The position numbers and the translations under genes are program-made. Source: Mobula hypostoma (lineage: Eukaryota). From it: a stretch of DNA of 64,000 nt. The DNA lies in contig NC_086122.1 of the NCBI RefSeq assembly GCF_963921235.1, positions 20,584,001 to 20,648,000 of the forward strand. Reading direction: 5' to 3'. Below are positions 50,805 to 63,489 of this stretch, one piece after another. Numbering within the stretch: the stretch's first letter is position 1; every line of letters starts with the position of its first letter. The notes beneath the pieces were generated by a model. That model worked only from the letters and a program-made list of their open reading frames with translations, was not told the DNA's origin and did no database searches.

Positions 50805-51291
50805 GACCATAAGACATAGGAGCAGAATTAGGCCATCTGGCCCATCGAGTCTGCTCCACCATTCAATCTTGGTTGACCCTTTTTTCTATCTCCTCCTCAA
50901 CCCCAGTTCCTGGCCTTCTCCCCGTAACCTTTGATGCCATTTCCAATCAGGAACCTATCAATCTCTGCCTTAACTACGCCCAACGACCCAGCCTCCACAG
51001 CTGTACGTGGCAACAAGTTCCACACATTCACCACTCTTCGGCTAAAGAAATTTCTCCGCATCTCTGTTTTGAAAGAGTGCCTCTCTATCCTGGGGCTGTG
51101 CCCTTTTGTCCTAGACTCTCCCACCATGAGAAACATCCTTTCAACATCTACTCTGTCGAGGTCTTTGAACATTCGAAAGGTTTCAATGCGATCCCCCCTC
51201 ATCCTTCTGACTTCTTGCGAGTACAGACCCAGAGCCATCAAATGTTCCTCGTATGATAACCCTTTCATTCCTGGAATCATCTTTGTGAACC
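50805..51291 (-). mobile_element. Young 5'-truncated CR1
   Basis: Uninterrupted 127-aa ORF2 C-terminus (MIPGMKGLSYEE...RRNFFSRRVVNVWNLLP) and (TTATGGTC)n tail. Confidence 0.9.
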
Positions 51292-52109
51292 CATTTCACC
51301 TTTTATTCAACATCTATGATCTCTGGTTCTAGCCTCACCCACCCAACCTGAGGGGAAACCCCTGCAAGTATTCCCTATATTTAAACTCCTAAGAATTGTC
51401 TGTACCTCTATAAGATCTCATTGTCCTATGTCCAGTGAACAAAGCCCTAACTTACTCAGTCTTTCTCTAGAACTCAGGTCCTCAAGTCCCAGCAACATCT
51501 TTGTAAATTTTCTCTGCACCCTTTCAAGCTTATCGATATCCTTCCTGCAGGTAGGGGGTCAGAACTGCACACAATGATATCTTTCAATGACTCAGTGTTT
51601 TCGAAGTTAGAATTGATATATGATTCAGCCTCAAACTTCTTGAAACCGAGGGCTAGGCCCACCTACTGCACTCTCCCAAATGGCTTTAGGTCCTTGGACC
51701 TTGATTGCTGCACTTATTACCTGAACTCTGGTCCTGACCTCAAATCTTCACCTTTCTTGCTGTCCCTGTTCATACTCACATTTCATGTTAAGCTTGCATC
51801 ATGAGATTCCCAGCACGGTGTAACCTGATACCAGGTATTAGTATCTTTAATTAGACTTCTATGTAATTTCTATCCTTCTAAGAAAACAAATTGCTGGATA
51901 ACATTCTAAACTTGTTGAAATAACCCTTCAAGCAACAAACAGCATGCAATCAATGTACTGAAATGAATTGTTGTCAGTTTTCATTTTTCCCATCATGAGG
52001 AAGAACGAGCGCCAATCTGCAGAATAAATCCTCGCATGCTTTGCAGTGAAAATGACCTTGAGGCATCAAAACATGAAGCAAGTTGTGGGCAAAACTGCCA
52101 GCAATTTGT

Positions 52110-52400
52110 GGCAATTATGAATATGCAAATAAATATGGAAATCTGGGAGCCGCTGCTGGACCTGCAAGGCTTCCCTGTCGAGTTCACGGTAATATTGTAA
52201 AGAAATAATGTAAAGAAGACAGCAGGTAGAGTTGGAGGGAGAACAGCAAGGGGACACAAAGTCCAAGCATGATGAAACAGAGCCTGATAACTAGCTGGAG
52301 CAGATTTGATCAGGAGAAAACAAAATAAAAGGCTATAAAGAGGGTTCTGCAAACTCAACCCCCCCCCTCCCCGCCCTCAGCTGAGCAGAGAGAGAGAGAG
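52110..52400 (+). promoter_or_regulatory. Candidate promoter/enhancer
   Basis: Octamer ATGCAAAT (52123-52130), TATAAAG (52334-52340) and GC box ccccgccc (~52369) in TE-free sequence. Confidence 0.3.
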
Positions 52401-52788
52401 AGAAGGGTATTGTTAGCTCAGGCTGTAATCTCTTGTGTTTATAATATATTGAATGTCATGGAAGTTAGCCTGTTATATTCTCTATTGTCACAGCTCTTCA
52501 CAAATTTTAACAGCCAGAATCAGAATCGGAACATGGTGTGAAAATTGCTGTTTTGCGGCAACAGTACAGTGCAAAGCACAAAGATTACTATAAGTTACAA
52601 CGATAAATAAAATAGTTCAAAAGACGAAGGTGGCAATCATGGGTTCAGACATTCTAATCTGATGGCAGAGGGGAGGAAGCTGTTCCTAAAATGTTGAGAA
52701 TGGGTCTTCAGGCTTCTGTACCTCATCTTCGACGGTGGTAATGCCATGTCCTGGACGGTGAGGGTCTTTAATGAAGGTTGCTGAATTC

Positions 52789-53298
52789 CTTCTTTCTTTT
52801 TCAATCTTTTTATTAATTTTCAGATTAATAACATAACAATACTAATGATACAAAGAGATCAGTATAACATTGATAATGGTTAACATATACAAACATAATT
52901 GGTGTAAAAATATATAATTCAAGCCTCCCAATCTCCGAGTAATTGAACATGAAGAAGAGTTTTATAAAGAACCCCCTAAGCTAAAAATAACAAAACAAAA
53001 CAAAGACTGGGATGTCCTATTCCCTCGGATAAGAACATTATTTGTCATTAACTCTGCTCCTCTGTAGATAAACAAAAGAACATCTTTTAAAACAGGTTCT
53101 GAAAGGGACAGCTTACATCACATGAAAATGTTGAATAAATGGTCTCCAGGTTTCTTCAAATTTAACTGAAGAATCAACCGTACAACTCCTAATTTTTTCC
53201 AGGTTTAAACATAATATAGCTTGAGAAAACCATTGAAAAGTAGTAGGAGGATCAGAATCTTTCCATTTAATTAAGATGGATCTTTTAGCTATTAGTGT
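52789..53298 (-). mobile_element. 5'-truncated L1-clade LINE inside a Rex fragment (~52520-53395)
   Basis: Minus strand IAKRSILIKWKDSDPPTTFQWFSQAILCLNLEKIR...FEETWRPFI; A-rich tail; 14-bp TSD AGGTTGCTGAATTC (52775-52788, 53299-53312). Confidence 0.85.
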
Positions 53299-54236
53299 AG
53301 GTTGCTGAATTCTTAAAGATGTCCTTGATGGTGAGGAGGCTTGTGCCTGTGATGAAACTGGCTAAGTCTACAACCCTCCGCAGAATCTTGCAATGAGGAC
53401 TGGTGTATGTTCTGCCAGCTGTTTCAATTTCCACCTCAATAACCACAGATTTTGGCATTATGGAGTCATAGAGCCACACAGCTTGGAAACAAGCTATTTG
53501 GCCGCTCATCCGAAGTTTCATAGTACATTAGTTATCGAAGTCTGCATGTAGTAAACAACCATGAGATTCAACTTCCTCATAGACAGCCACGAAACAAAGA
53601 AAAACCATAGAACTCGTTTGAAGAAAAACATCAATCCCCTCCCCCCCACTGGTGCAAAAAAAAACAAATCACACAAACTGCAACAAAAAAAGAGCGAAAA
53701 ACACAGAATATAAAACACAAAATTGGAAGAGTCCAGCATACGTCAGTTCCGCTCAGTGTTCGTTATCTGCAGGCCACACCGATTCAAAATAATTCAAAAT
53801 AGCAGCAAAAAAAGGAGTGACCAGAAACCAGAAACACATCATAAGGTGAACTACAGAGTGCCTACACTGAACATTGTGATAATTCTGTGAAAGGCCCTAC
53901 ACACTCTTTATTACTACTGAATAACCAACAATAGAAGACAATCTTATACCCCATTCTCTCAACCCTTCTTTCTGTTTCAATAGGTCTATATGATCCATCT
54001 TGGCCTTAGCCTTTCAGTGAATAAAGCTTCAGCTCCCCTCTGAAATCTTTACTTATCCTAAAGGATTCTAAGACGTCTTTATAAGTCTTACTCAACATCA
54101 GTAAAACCGAAGAGCTGGTTATTGACTACAGGAGAAAGACACCAGAGGTCCCCAAGCCAATTCTTATTAGGGATCAGAGGTGGAAACTTTGATAATAAAT
54201 TTACTTGGAACTTTGAATTTTGATGTTCACACAGAG

Positions 54237-54984
54237 CAGACATCCCACCTCTCCCAGAAGTTCCGGGAGTCTCCCGCATATTAGTAGTGGCTCCCTGATG
54301 CCCGCAAATGATATACAATGTCCCGGAAACCAATTTTTTTGAGAGAGAGGGAGCGACCGTGACCATGAGAGCGAGCGAGAGAGCGCACGCAAGAGAGAGC
54401 GAGCGACTACGAGAGAGAGAGAGAGAGCGCACACGAGAGAGAGAGAGAGCGACCACGAGAGAGAGAGAGCGAGCACAAGAGCAAGATAGGGAGCATGACA
54501 GAAAGAGCGAGAGCGACCACGAGAGAGAGAGAGCGCGCACGCGAGAGAGAGCGAGCACCAGAGCAAGATAGAGAGCGAGGGCGACCACAAGAGAGAGCGA
54601 GCGACCATGAGAGAGAGAGAGAGCGCGCGAGAGAGCGCGCCATGGCAGAGTGTTCCAAAAAAAGAAAATATAAAACATACGTCACCCCAGACTACCCTAA
54701 AGTGTACCCCTGCTTAATATGGGTCAAAATAATGACAGTGTTGCTCGCTGCACTGTTTGCAACAGTGACTTTTCTATTACCCATTGTGGGTTAAGACTGT
54801 AAAAGACATGTTGAGGTGAGTTTAACAGGTGTCATTCGGTCATTAGCATAGCTAACGTTATTTAAACTAGCTGGCCAGCTGCTAAGGAGCTACTCTATTG
54901 CAGACATCCCACCTCTCCCAGGAGTCTCCTGCAAATTGATGGTGCTACCTCCCTGAAATGAGTTTTTGCAGGATGGGATGTCTG
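54237..54984. mobile_element. Non-autonomous TIR DNA transposon with 7-bp TSD
   Basis: TIRs CAGACATCCCA / TGGGATGTCTG; TSD CACAGAG (54230-54236, 54985-54991); internal GA-rich array. Confidence 0.85.
54341..54640. repeat. Degenerate (GA)n/GAGC compound microsatellite
   Basis: Repeating gagagagagcgagcgaccac-like units. Confidence 0.95.
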
Positions 54985-55631
54985 CACAGAGTCTCTTTTC
55001 AAGTAAAAGGAACTTCACTCTTAATCAATGCTCATTAAAAAGACTATACTGTAGAGTATCTCATCAACTACTGAAGCCAATGTCTGTCCTCTAACTGATT
55101 TATTCTGTAAGTTGTTCTTCAACAGCGAAGAAACATTTTTAAGAAAGATTGCCACTGTGGCACCGCAGGAGGAACTGCTGCATCACAGCACCAGGGTCCT
55201 GCCCTCAGGTTTCCCCATACCTGTGTTGATTCATTCTGGGGTTCGCTTTCCTCTCTCATCCCAAAAGTTTGATCATTGGTAAGTTAATTAGACACAACAA
55301 ATTGCTCCTAGAGTGAGAGTAAGTGGTTGAATCTGGGGGAGTGGGTGGTGTTAATGGGAATGTGGGGAGAATAAGTTATAGGGAAAATTAGTGGGGAAAA
55401 TGTGAATTTTCTAAGACCCTGGTTAGACTTGACGGGCAAATCGATTTCCTTCTGTCTCAAAGGAAAATATGGACAGGTGAAAAATTCAAGAGCCCTGTCA
55501 TTAATCCGGTTGTGCTTGAAAATGGGAATCATAGGTGCCAAAGTAATTCTGAAGATTTGACAGTCCATCATAAATTGTGTGTGAAGACCTCTGTGTACAA
55601 TTGTGGCTCCTCCAGCTCATAAATACTTCTA

Positions 55632-55647
55632 ACACTAGGTGGCACTG
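55632..55647 (+). promoter_or_regulatory. Candidate CTCF site
   Basis: acactaggtggcactg closely matches the CCASYAGRKGGCRS core and lies in unique sequence. Confidence 0.45.
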
Positions 55648-56586
55648 TGTACACTGTTTTCATCCAGGCACCTTCGGAAACCACAGTAGGATTCAATTCT
55701 GTCAAGGGAAAGAAGCTTTTATAATCCAGCAAGCTATTTTGCCCAGAGGCAAGAAGTGACTGTGTTACTTTTCCATTGTGAAATGATTCTCAGGCAGTGT
55801 GTAATTTCACACATACCTAACATTGCTGCTTGTACCTGCGACTCTGCTTGGTGAAAGCATTGATTGAAACCTCTGCTCATTGCGAGAAATCCAGCTGGAA
55901 GTATCCCACTAAGAGCACCCAACTATCTGCCCTATAGAGTCAGCCAGTTTCCCTTACCCAATTCACAACATCTTCACATTTTAGCAACACACATCAAAGT
56001 TGCTGGTAAACGCAGCAGGCCAGGCAGCATCTCTAGGAAGAGGTACAGTCGATGTTTCGGGCTGAGACCCTTTATCAGGACTAACTGAAAGAAGAGCTAA
56101 TAAGAGATTTGCAAGTGGGAGGGGGAGGGGGAGATCCAAAATGATAGGAGAAGATGTTTGCCAGTAAGAAGCCAGCCTTGCAAATTAGAAATTGAAATCT
56201 CCTGTGAATCTCCTGTGAATCTGTGATGTCCAAGCAAACAATTACTTATATTCACAGAATGGGGTCAATTCAGGATTTATTTCAGTACCATAATTACTGG
56301 GCCAGTTCGGAGGGTAGAATACCTACAATCAGGTAAGGTGTGCAAGTTCAGAAATGCCTTGGGGAAGTTACCACTAGTCCTGCAAAGTAACCATGTTACC
56401 ATTGTCCCTCTGCCTCTTCTTGTAAATCTTTCAGCAGTGGAAAGCACTGGGGTAGAACCAAGGTGTTAGTTCAGGCAATACTGATGAAGGTAAAAGGATA
56501 TTTTCCTCTTTGGGAGACAATAGAGAGCGAGTTAAGCAACACAATTCACATCCCTCAAAGATCTTCAAATCGTTCGGCATTTGTAT

Positions 56587-57140
56587 CAATCACAACTCCA
56601 TCTGCCATATTAAAAGACAGGTTTTCCCAGTGGCCAGCAGTTTCAGTTCACCCTCATATTCCCATTCTGAGGACCAATACTTCATATTCCATCAAGATAG
56701 TCTCCAATCTGATGGCATGAACATCTACCGTATTTCTGTATTACCAGTAATTTCTCCCTTACCCTCCCTTCTCTCTTTTACCATTCCCCATTCTGGCTCC
56801 CCTCTTACCCCTTCTCTTCTCTTCTTCTCAAATACCCATCACCTTCCTCTGGTGCGCCTCCTCCTTCCCTTTCTCCCATGGTCCACTGACCTCTCCTATC
56901 AGCTCCTTACTTCTTCCACCTATCACCTCCCAGCTTTTTACTTCATTCCCCCTCTCCCACCCTTCCACCTACCTTACCCCTCACCTATCTCCTACGAGCT
57001 TGTATCCTTCCTCTCCCTCCACCTCCTTATTCTGGCTTCATCGCCCTTCCTTTCCAGCCTGGGTGAAGGGTCTTGGAAAGGTATGTTGACTTTCAATCGA
57101 AGCTGTCTGACCACTGATTTCCTTCAGCATTTGGTGCGTA
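56587..57140 (+). mobile_element. Penelope-like 3' fragment
   Basis: SICHIKRQVFPVASSFSSPSYSHS...IFHQDSLQSDGMNI plus the same pyrimidine-rich tail. Confidence 0.75.
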
Positions 57141-57618
57141 TTTTATCAATCACCAGCTTTTCACTTTTGATTAATTTATACAAGAATGCTGCCACAAAGT
57201 AGAAAAGGAGTATTAGTGGTCTTCGTAAAAGGGACAGGGGACCTGACTCATCAGCTATTTAGTTAGCCAACTTCAAGGATCAGGTACGTTCCCTGATGAT
57301 TAAAAGTGATCTGCCTCCCTGTGGAGACCAGAAAAAGTTACCTGTGGAGTAACTAAGTTAATGGACTCCGGTCTCTAACTGAATAGGTGACTGACACAGA
57401 GTTGCTGAAATTAATTAGTATCATCAAAGTTCAAAGTACATTTATTGGAGTATGTATATCTCACCATATACAACTTTGGGATTCATTTTCTTGCAGGCAT
57501 TCACAGTGGAACAAAGAAATACAATAGAATCATTGAAAAACTACACACGAAGAGTGACTAGCAACCAATGTGCAAAAGAAGACAAACTATGTAAATACAA
57601 AAAAATATGAATAGTAAT

Positions 57619-57901
57619 CTTCTTCTTCAGCTGTCCATCGATTTTTGATGTTGACTTAGTCCTGGGCAAGATTATATGGAAGACCGGCAGTTGCCCATGC
57701 TGCAAGTCTCCCCTCTCCACGCCGCCGATGTTGTTCAAGAGAAGGGCATTAGGACCCATACGGCTTGGCACCGGTGTCGTCGCAGAGCAATGTGTGGTTA
57801 AGTGCCTTGCTCAAGGACACAATACACTGCCTCAGCTGAGGCTCGAACTCACGACCTTCCGGTCACTAGAGCAACGCCTTAACCACTTGGCCACGCACCA
57901 C
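57619..57901 (-). mobile_element. Same CORE-like SINE with an alternative (GAA)n-ending tail
   Basis: Head and body match 32681 and 60198; TSD TAGTAAT (57612-57618, 57902-57908); inserted in a LINE 3' region (~57425-58155). Confidence 0.85.
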
Positions 57902-58467
57902 TAGTAATAATAGAAAAGTAAATAAATATTACTGAGAACGTGAGTTTGAGAGTCCTTGAAAGTGAGTCCAAAGGTTGTGGTCACTAATCTGTTTAGAGCT
58001 GAGGTCGCTGTGATTATCCATGCTGGTTCAGGAGTCTGACTGTTGAAGGGCAATAACTGACCACCTGATGATGTGGGAACCAAGGCTTCTTATGTCCTTT
58101 CTGATGGCAGCAGTGAGAAGAGAGCCTGGCCTGGACGGTGGAAGTCTTTGACAATGGGCCAACTTAATCATGATAATACTTAAGCTCTGGCTTTTGAATC
58201 AGCTATATACATATTGCTCAGCACCAACACTACATATGAAGCAAGGGAATCAACATAGCAGATGTTGGCTGCATTGAATTAAAATCCTGTCTCTATTTTC
58301 CATTTGAAGGTCAAGGTGGAAAAGCTGCCTGTCTGATGTGACCCACAATATTTACTGATAATTCCACAATTTCTTGTTTTAGAGTTTAAGCCTTATTTCA
58401 GATTTTCAAAATCTGGAAAGTTGTATAAAACACCTAAAAGGTTTAAACAGTCCAATAGTCTCTGACT

Positions 58468-59090
58468 ATTGATTCAAAAGATTCAAAAGATTCAAAAAAC
58501 TTTATTGTCATTCTAACCATACATCAGCTCCGCAGGGCAGAATGAGACAGCGTTTCTCAGGGACAGTGCAATCATAACATAACAAACGCAACACTAAATA
58601 ATAAACATAACAATAAATAGTAAAACAAAACAGCCACATCTCAGTTAAATCAGTTATAAGTGTCCAGTGCAAGTTAAAAGTGTCCAAAGCAGAGTCAGGT
58701 GGAGCAGCTATTTAGCAGTCTGACTGCCTGTGGGAGGAAGCTGTTTAGTAGCCTTGTAGTTTTAGTTTTGATGCTCCTGTAATGTTTGCCTGATGGCAGA
58801 AGAACAAACAGTTCATGGAGAGGGTGTGAGGGGTCTTTAATGATGTACTGTGTCTTCTGGAGGCATCGACTCTGAAAGAGGTTTTGGACAGAAGGTAGGG
58901 AGACCCCAATAACCTTCTCTGCTCCCCTAACCACCCTCTGCAAGGCTTTTTTGTCGACAGCACTGCAGCTGGAGTACCAGGTTGTGATGCAAAAGGTCAG
59001 CACACTCTCAACCACGCCTCTGGAGAATGTAGTTAAGGTGTTAGTGGGGAGTGATGCTTGTTTAAGCTTCCTCAGAAAGTGCAATCTCTG
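58468..59090 (-). mobile_element. Young Rex/Babar LINE 3' end
   Basis: Open 129-aa HFLRKLKQASL...IIKDPSHPLHELFVLLPSGKHYRSIKTKTTRLLNSFLPQAVRLLN; (TTTTGAATC)n tail. Confidence 0.9.
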
Positions 59091-60197
59091 TTATCACTAG
59101 CTAAAGGTTTAATTTTGTAGTTCAAATTTCTAAGAGTTTTACATTCTAATAAAACATATGTGATTTCTAGATGGACCTCAGATTCCGTTTGAGCAAAATG
59201 TTTCACTATTTTTCCATAAAAATTGGAGTTTGTTTATGACAATTTTGACTTAAAGTTATGAAGCATGGTTGGAATGAAATATTATAAATTTAAAGGGATT
59301 TGTGTTAATCTAAATATAGTTAAATGGCCATACCATCAGGAGAGGCTAGATAGTAAGTTTTTGTGTTCCTTGGAGTTTAGAAGAATGAAGGGCAGCCTTA
59401 TCCAAACATATAAGATTCTAAAAGGCTTAACAGAGTATATGTTGAAATGTTTTACTAGTGAGAAAACCATGAGCCAGAGGAAAGAGCTACAAACTGAAGA
59501 ACCTGGTCATTTAAAACTGAGGAACATAAGAGTTTCCTCTTTCAGAAATAAGTGAATCTCTGGAAATGTCTGCCACTGACGGTGGTGAGACCTAAGCAAA
59601 AGATCCATTTAAGATGGAAGTATATAATATTTGAAAGATCACAGGAACTGAGAACTTTAGGGAGGTGACACAAAAGAGAAGTAGAAGCCAGCATAGATTA
59701 GCCTTGATCATATTGATTAGTGGGAAGGGATTGAGGGGACTGGGCCCTACTCAAACTCCTGTCTCTTTGTGCTGTTGAGTTCATGTGATTATGGAGAAGG
59801 AGCGAAATGGAACTAAATGGACGGCTCTGCAGGAGTTGACATGGATTCCAAGAACTAAGTGGCCTTCTAAAAAATAATGAAAATAAAGAACCTGGCCATT
59901 TAAAAATGAGGTGCATAGAAATTTCTTATCTCAGAATCTAGTAAATCTTAGAGGTGCCTCAGGAGGGCAGCGTGCAGCATTAAGGATGCCCGTCACCCAG
60001 GAGATGCCCTCTTCTCATTGTTACCATCAGGAAAGAGATACAGAAGCCTGAAGGCACACACGCAGTGATTCAGGAACAGCTTCTTCCCCTCTGCCATCCG
60101 ATTTCAAAATGAACACTGAACCCATGAACACTACCTCACTACTGTTTTTATTTCCGGTTTTTTTTGCACTACTTATTTTAACTAAACTATTTAATAG

Positions 60198-60497
60198 TTT
60201 AGCACGTGGTCAAGTGGTTAAGGCATTGGACTAGCTACCTGAAGGTCGTGAGTTCGAGCCCCAGCCAAGGGAACTTGTGTCCTTGAGCAAGGCACGTAAT
60301 CATACATTGCTCTGAGACGACACTGGTGCCAAGCTGTATGGGTCCTAATGCCCTTCCCTTGGACAACATTGGTATCGTGGAGAGGGGAGACTTGCAGCAT
60401 GGGCAACTGCTGGTCTTCCATACAACCTTGCCCAGGCCTGCGCCCTGGAGAGTGAAGACTTTCCAGGCGCAGATCCATGGCCTCGCAAGACTAACGG
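60198..60497 (+). mobile_element. Same CORE-like SINE inserted in a Rex LINE 3'UTR (~59955-60635)
   Basis: TSD ATTTAATAG (60189-60197, 60498-60506). Confidence 0.85.
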
Positions 60498-60946
60498 ATT
60501 TAATAGACATAAATATACTTACTGCAATTCAGTTTTTCCTCTATATTTATTTATCATGTATTTCATTGTACTGCTGCCGTAAAGTTGATGCATCTTACGA
60601 CCTGTGTCAGTGATATTAAACCTGATTCTGATTCTGATAGTTGTATGCCATGATATTACATGCTGTATGTCTGATGTTTCCCATTGAAATTGTTACAAAG
60701 CTCAGCACTCTAAAGTTGCTCCTCCAAGATCAGCATGTGCCTTGGCTCTGTCTCCTGCACCTCAGGATCTTCTGGCGGCAGGTTAAGGTTCAGACCTTCA
60801 GCCGTCATGGAAGTTTTTTGCTCATGGAATAGCATGCACCATAGACAACAACCCGCCCTATCTTTCTGCAGGGGAGCACAATGGAACAGCTGGTAGAGAC
60901 ACTGCCTCACATCATTATATACCCAGGTTCAATTCTTACTTTAGAG

Positions 60947-60997
60947 CAAGGGTTCCTAACCTGGGGTCCACAGCGTAAAAAAGGTTAGGAATCCCTG
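60947..60997. mobile_element. 51-bp hAT MITE, shorter and inverted relative of 27397-27476
   Basis: CAAGGGTTCCTAACC...GGTTAGGAATCCCTG; shares ggggtccaca and aaaaaagg in reverse orientation. Confidence 0.7.
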
Positions 60998-61254
60998 CCT
61001 GAAATGCTGCCTGTATGCAGTACTGTATGTACTGTATGTTCTCCTTATGACTGCATGGGTTTCCTCCAGGTGCTCTGGTTTCCTCCCACAAACCAAAGAT
61101 GTGTGCTTTGGTAGGTTAATTAGCCACTGTAAATCTCCCCTGCATGTAAATGACTACTAGAATCTGCAAGGAGTATATGAAAATGTGGGAATTTTTTTTT
61201 AAAAAACACAAGCAATATACTGTAGGATTAGTGAAAATGGGCACTATGGATCAG

Positions 61255-62800
61255 CATGGAACACAGAATAGAGAACAGCACAGCACTAGACAGGCAATTC
61301 GACCCATGATGTGTGCTGATCTTGATGCCAATTTATACTAAATGTCCTCTTCCTGTACATCATCCAGATCTGCCCATTCTCTTTATATTCATGTGTCTAC
61401 CTTAAAGCCTCTTAAACTCCATCAAACTGACCACTATACTACTGCCCCTAATAACCTATTCCAGGAACCTGCCACTCTTTCTATAAAATACTTGCCCCTC
61501 ATTTTGCCTTTAAACTTCTTCCCTTCCTCCTGAAAGCTTGTCTTTTGTTATTTAAGATTTCAATCCTGGGGAAGCAATTCTGTCAGTCTACCCTGCCTAT
61601 GATGCTCATAATTTTTAATACCTCTCTCAGGTGTCCCTTAAGCCTCTGACTCTCTAGGGGGAGCACCCCAAGTTTGCCCAACCTTGTCTCATTACTCATA
61701 TCCTCTGAAACAAGCAACAGTCTTATGAACCTCTTCTGCGCCCTTTTCACAGTCTCCACAGCCTTCCTATAATGGAGTGATCAGAACAGCACATAATATT
61801 CCAAATGTGGCATGACTAAAATTCTATAGAACAGCAACATTACTTCCTTACTCTTATACTCAACACCACCACCAATAAAGGCAAGAATACAGCACACATT
61901 CTTTACCAGCTTAAACACATGTGCAGTCATTCACAATGAACAACAGACTTGGACCCCAAGATCCCCTATTAAGGACCCTAAAATTAAATGCATACTTCCT
62001 CATTTCATTTGACCTCCCAAAGTGCAACACCTCACACTTGCCCTGATTAAACTTAATCTGCCACTTCTCTGCCCATATATATAACTGATTTACATCTCAT
62101 TGTCTTCTTTGATAGCCCTTTAGCACTATCCACAACTTCACCAACCTTGGAGTCATCCACAAACTTGCTCATCCACCCATCTGCATCTTCACCCAAATCA
62201 TTGAAATATATCACAAATAGAGGACCTAGCACTGATCCTTGTGGAATACCACTGATCGCAGATCTTCAACCAGAATTACAACCTTCCAACCCTACTCTTT
62301 GTCTTCTATTGGCAAGCCAGTTCCAGATCTAAACTAGCAACTCAGCCTGGACCTCATACATCTTTATCTCCTGAATCAACCTTTCATGTGGTGCCAAATC
62401 AAATGCCTGTGTAGATAATGTGAGCCTACAATCATCAAGTCACCTATGTCATCTCTTCAAAAACTAGATCAATTTTGTAAGGCATGACCTGCCGTGCACA
62501 AAGCCAAGCTGAATGTCCTAGAACAAGTCATGTCTTTCCAAGTGTGCATTAATTTCATCCCTCAATATTCTCTCCAACAGTCTTCTGACATGAGATTCAC
62601 TGGTCTATTATTACCTGGATTATCACTATTTTCTTTCTTGAATAAAGGCACAATATTTGTGAGTCTCCATTCCTCTGGGATCTTACTAGTGAGAACACAG
62701 AGAACTTGGTGGAAGCCTTGGAAATCTCTTCAAAATCTTTCTGTATTCTAGGATATATGCCAACAGGCCCTGGGGACTTCACCTTAGTGCTTTTCAGAAG
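61255..62800 (-). mobile_element. Old CR1 RT remnant (a younger CR1 tail lies at 63015-63235)
   Basis: Reverse CR1 motifs around agcactgatccttgtggaataccact (GIPQGSVLGP) and KSPGPVGIYPRI. Confidence 0.8.
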
Positions 62801-63489
62801 CATTAAGCTTGTTTCTTTACTACATCTCTATTAGGCCATGAGCTAATGACACAGGATCACGCAAGACCTTGACAAGCCTGCTCAAAATTCCAAATTTGCT
62901 ACTAAGCACCTTCCTTGATGATCAAGTAAACTTTAACCCATAACAAACAAGAAATGCTCAAGAATCACATCTTGTCAACAGAAAATCTACACTGGCCATT
63001 ATTTACTGTATTCCATAAGACCATAAGACCATAAGACAAAGGAGCAGAAGTAGGCCATTCGGCCCATCGAGTCTGCTCCGCCATTTTATCATGAGCTGAT
63101 CCATTTTATCCTATTTAGTCCCAGTACCCCGCCTTCTCACCATAACCTTTGATGCCCTGGCTACTCAGATACCTATCAATCTCTGCCTTAAATACACCCA
63201 ATGACTTGGCCTCCACTGCTGCCCGTGGCAACAAATATTCTAATTTTCTAATATTCGTCCAATTTAAATGTGTGTGTGGGGAAGGGGACACATATCCCAC
63301 ATGTAGCTTATTCCCACATGATGCACATAGAGGAATTGAAAGACGTTTCATCTCATGATGTCTTTCAGGCTTTGAAAGGACTCTCCAGTGCTGCTGATGC
63401 TCTCTTAATCACTCTCAACACTTTGCAAGAGCCAACAATCCTAAAAGTAACTTAAGATCTCTGCCTTTAAAATTCATACTGATATTCCA

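Noticed and set aside
54088-54794. Several 87-196 aa ORFs (SLSL/RERE-rich)
   Set aside because: They are translations of a GA microsatellite.
56510-57202. 230-aa ORF
   Set aside because: It is a Penelope endonuclease remnant plus a pyrimidine-rich UTR that lacks stops by composition.
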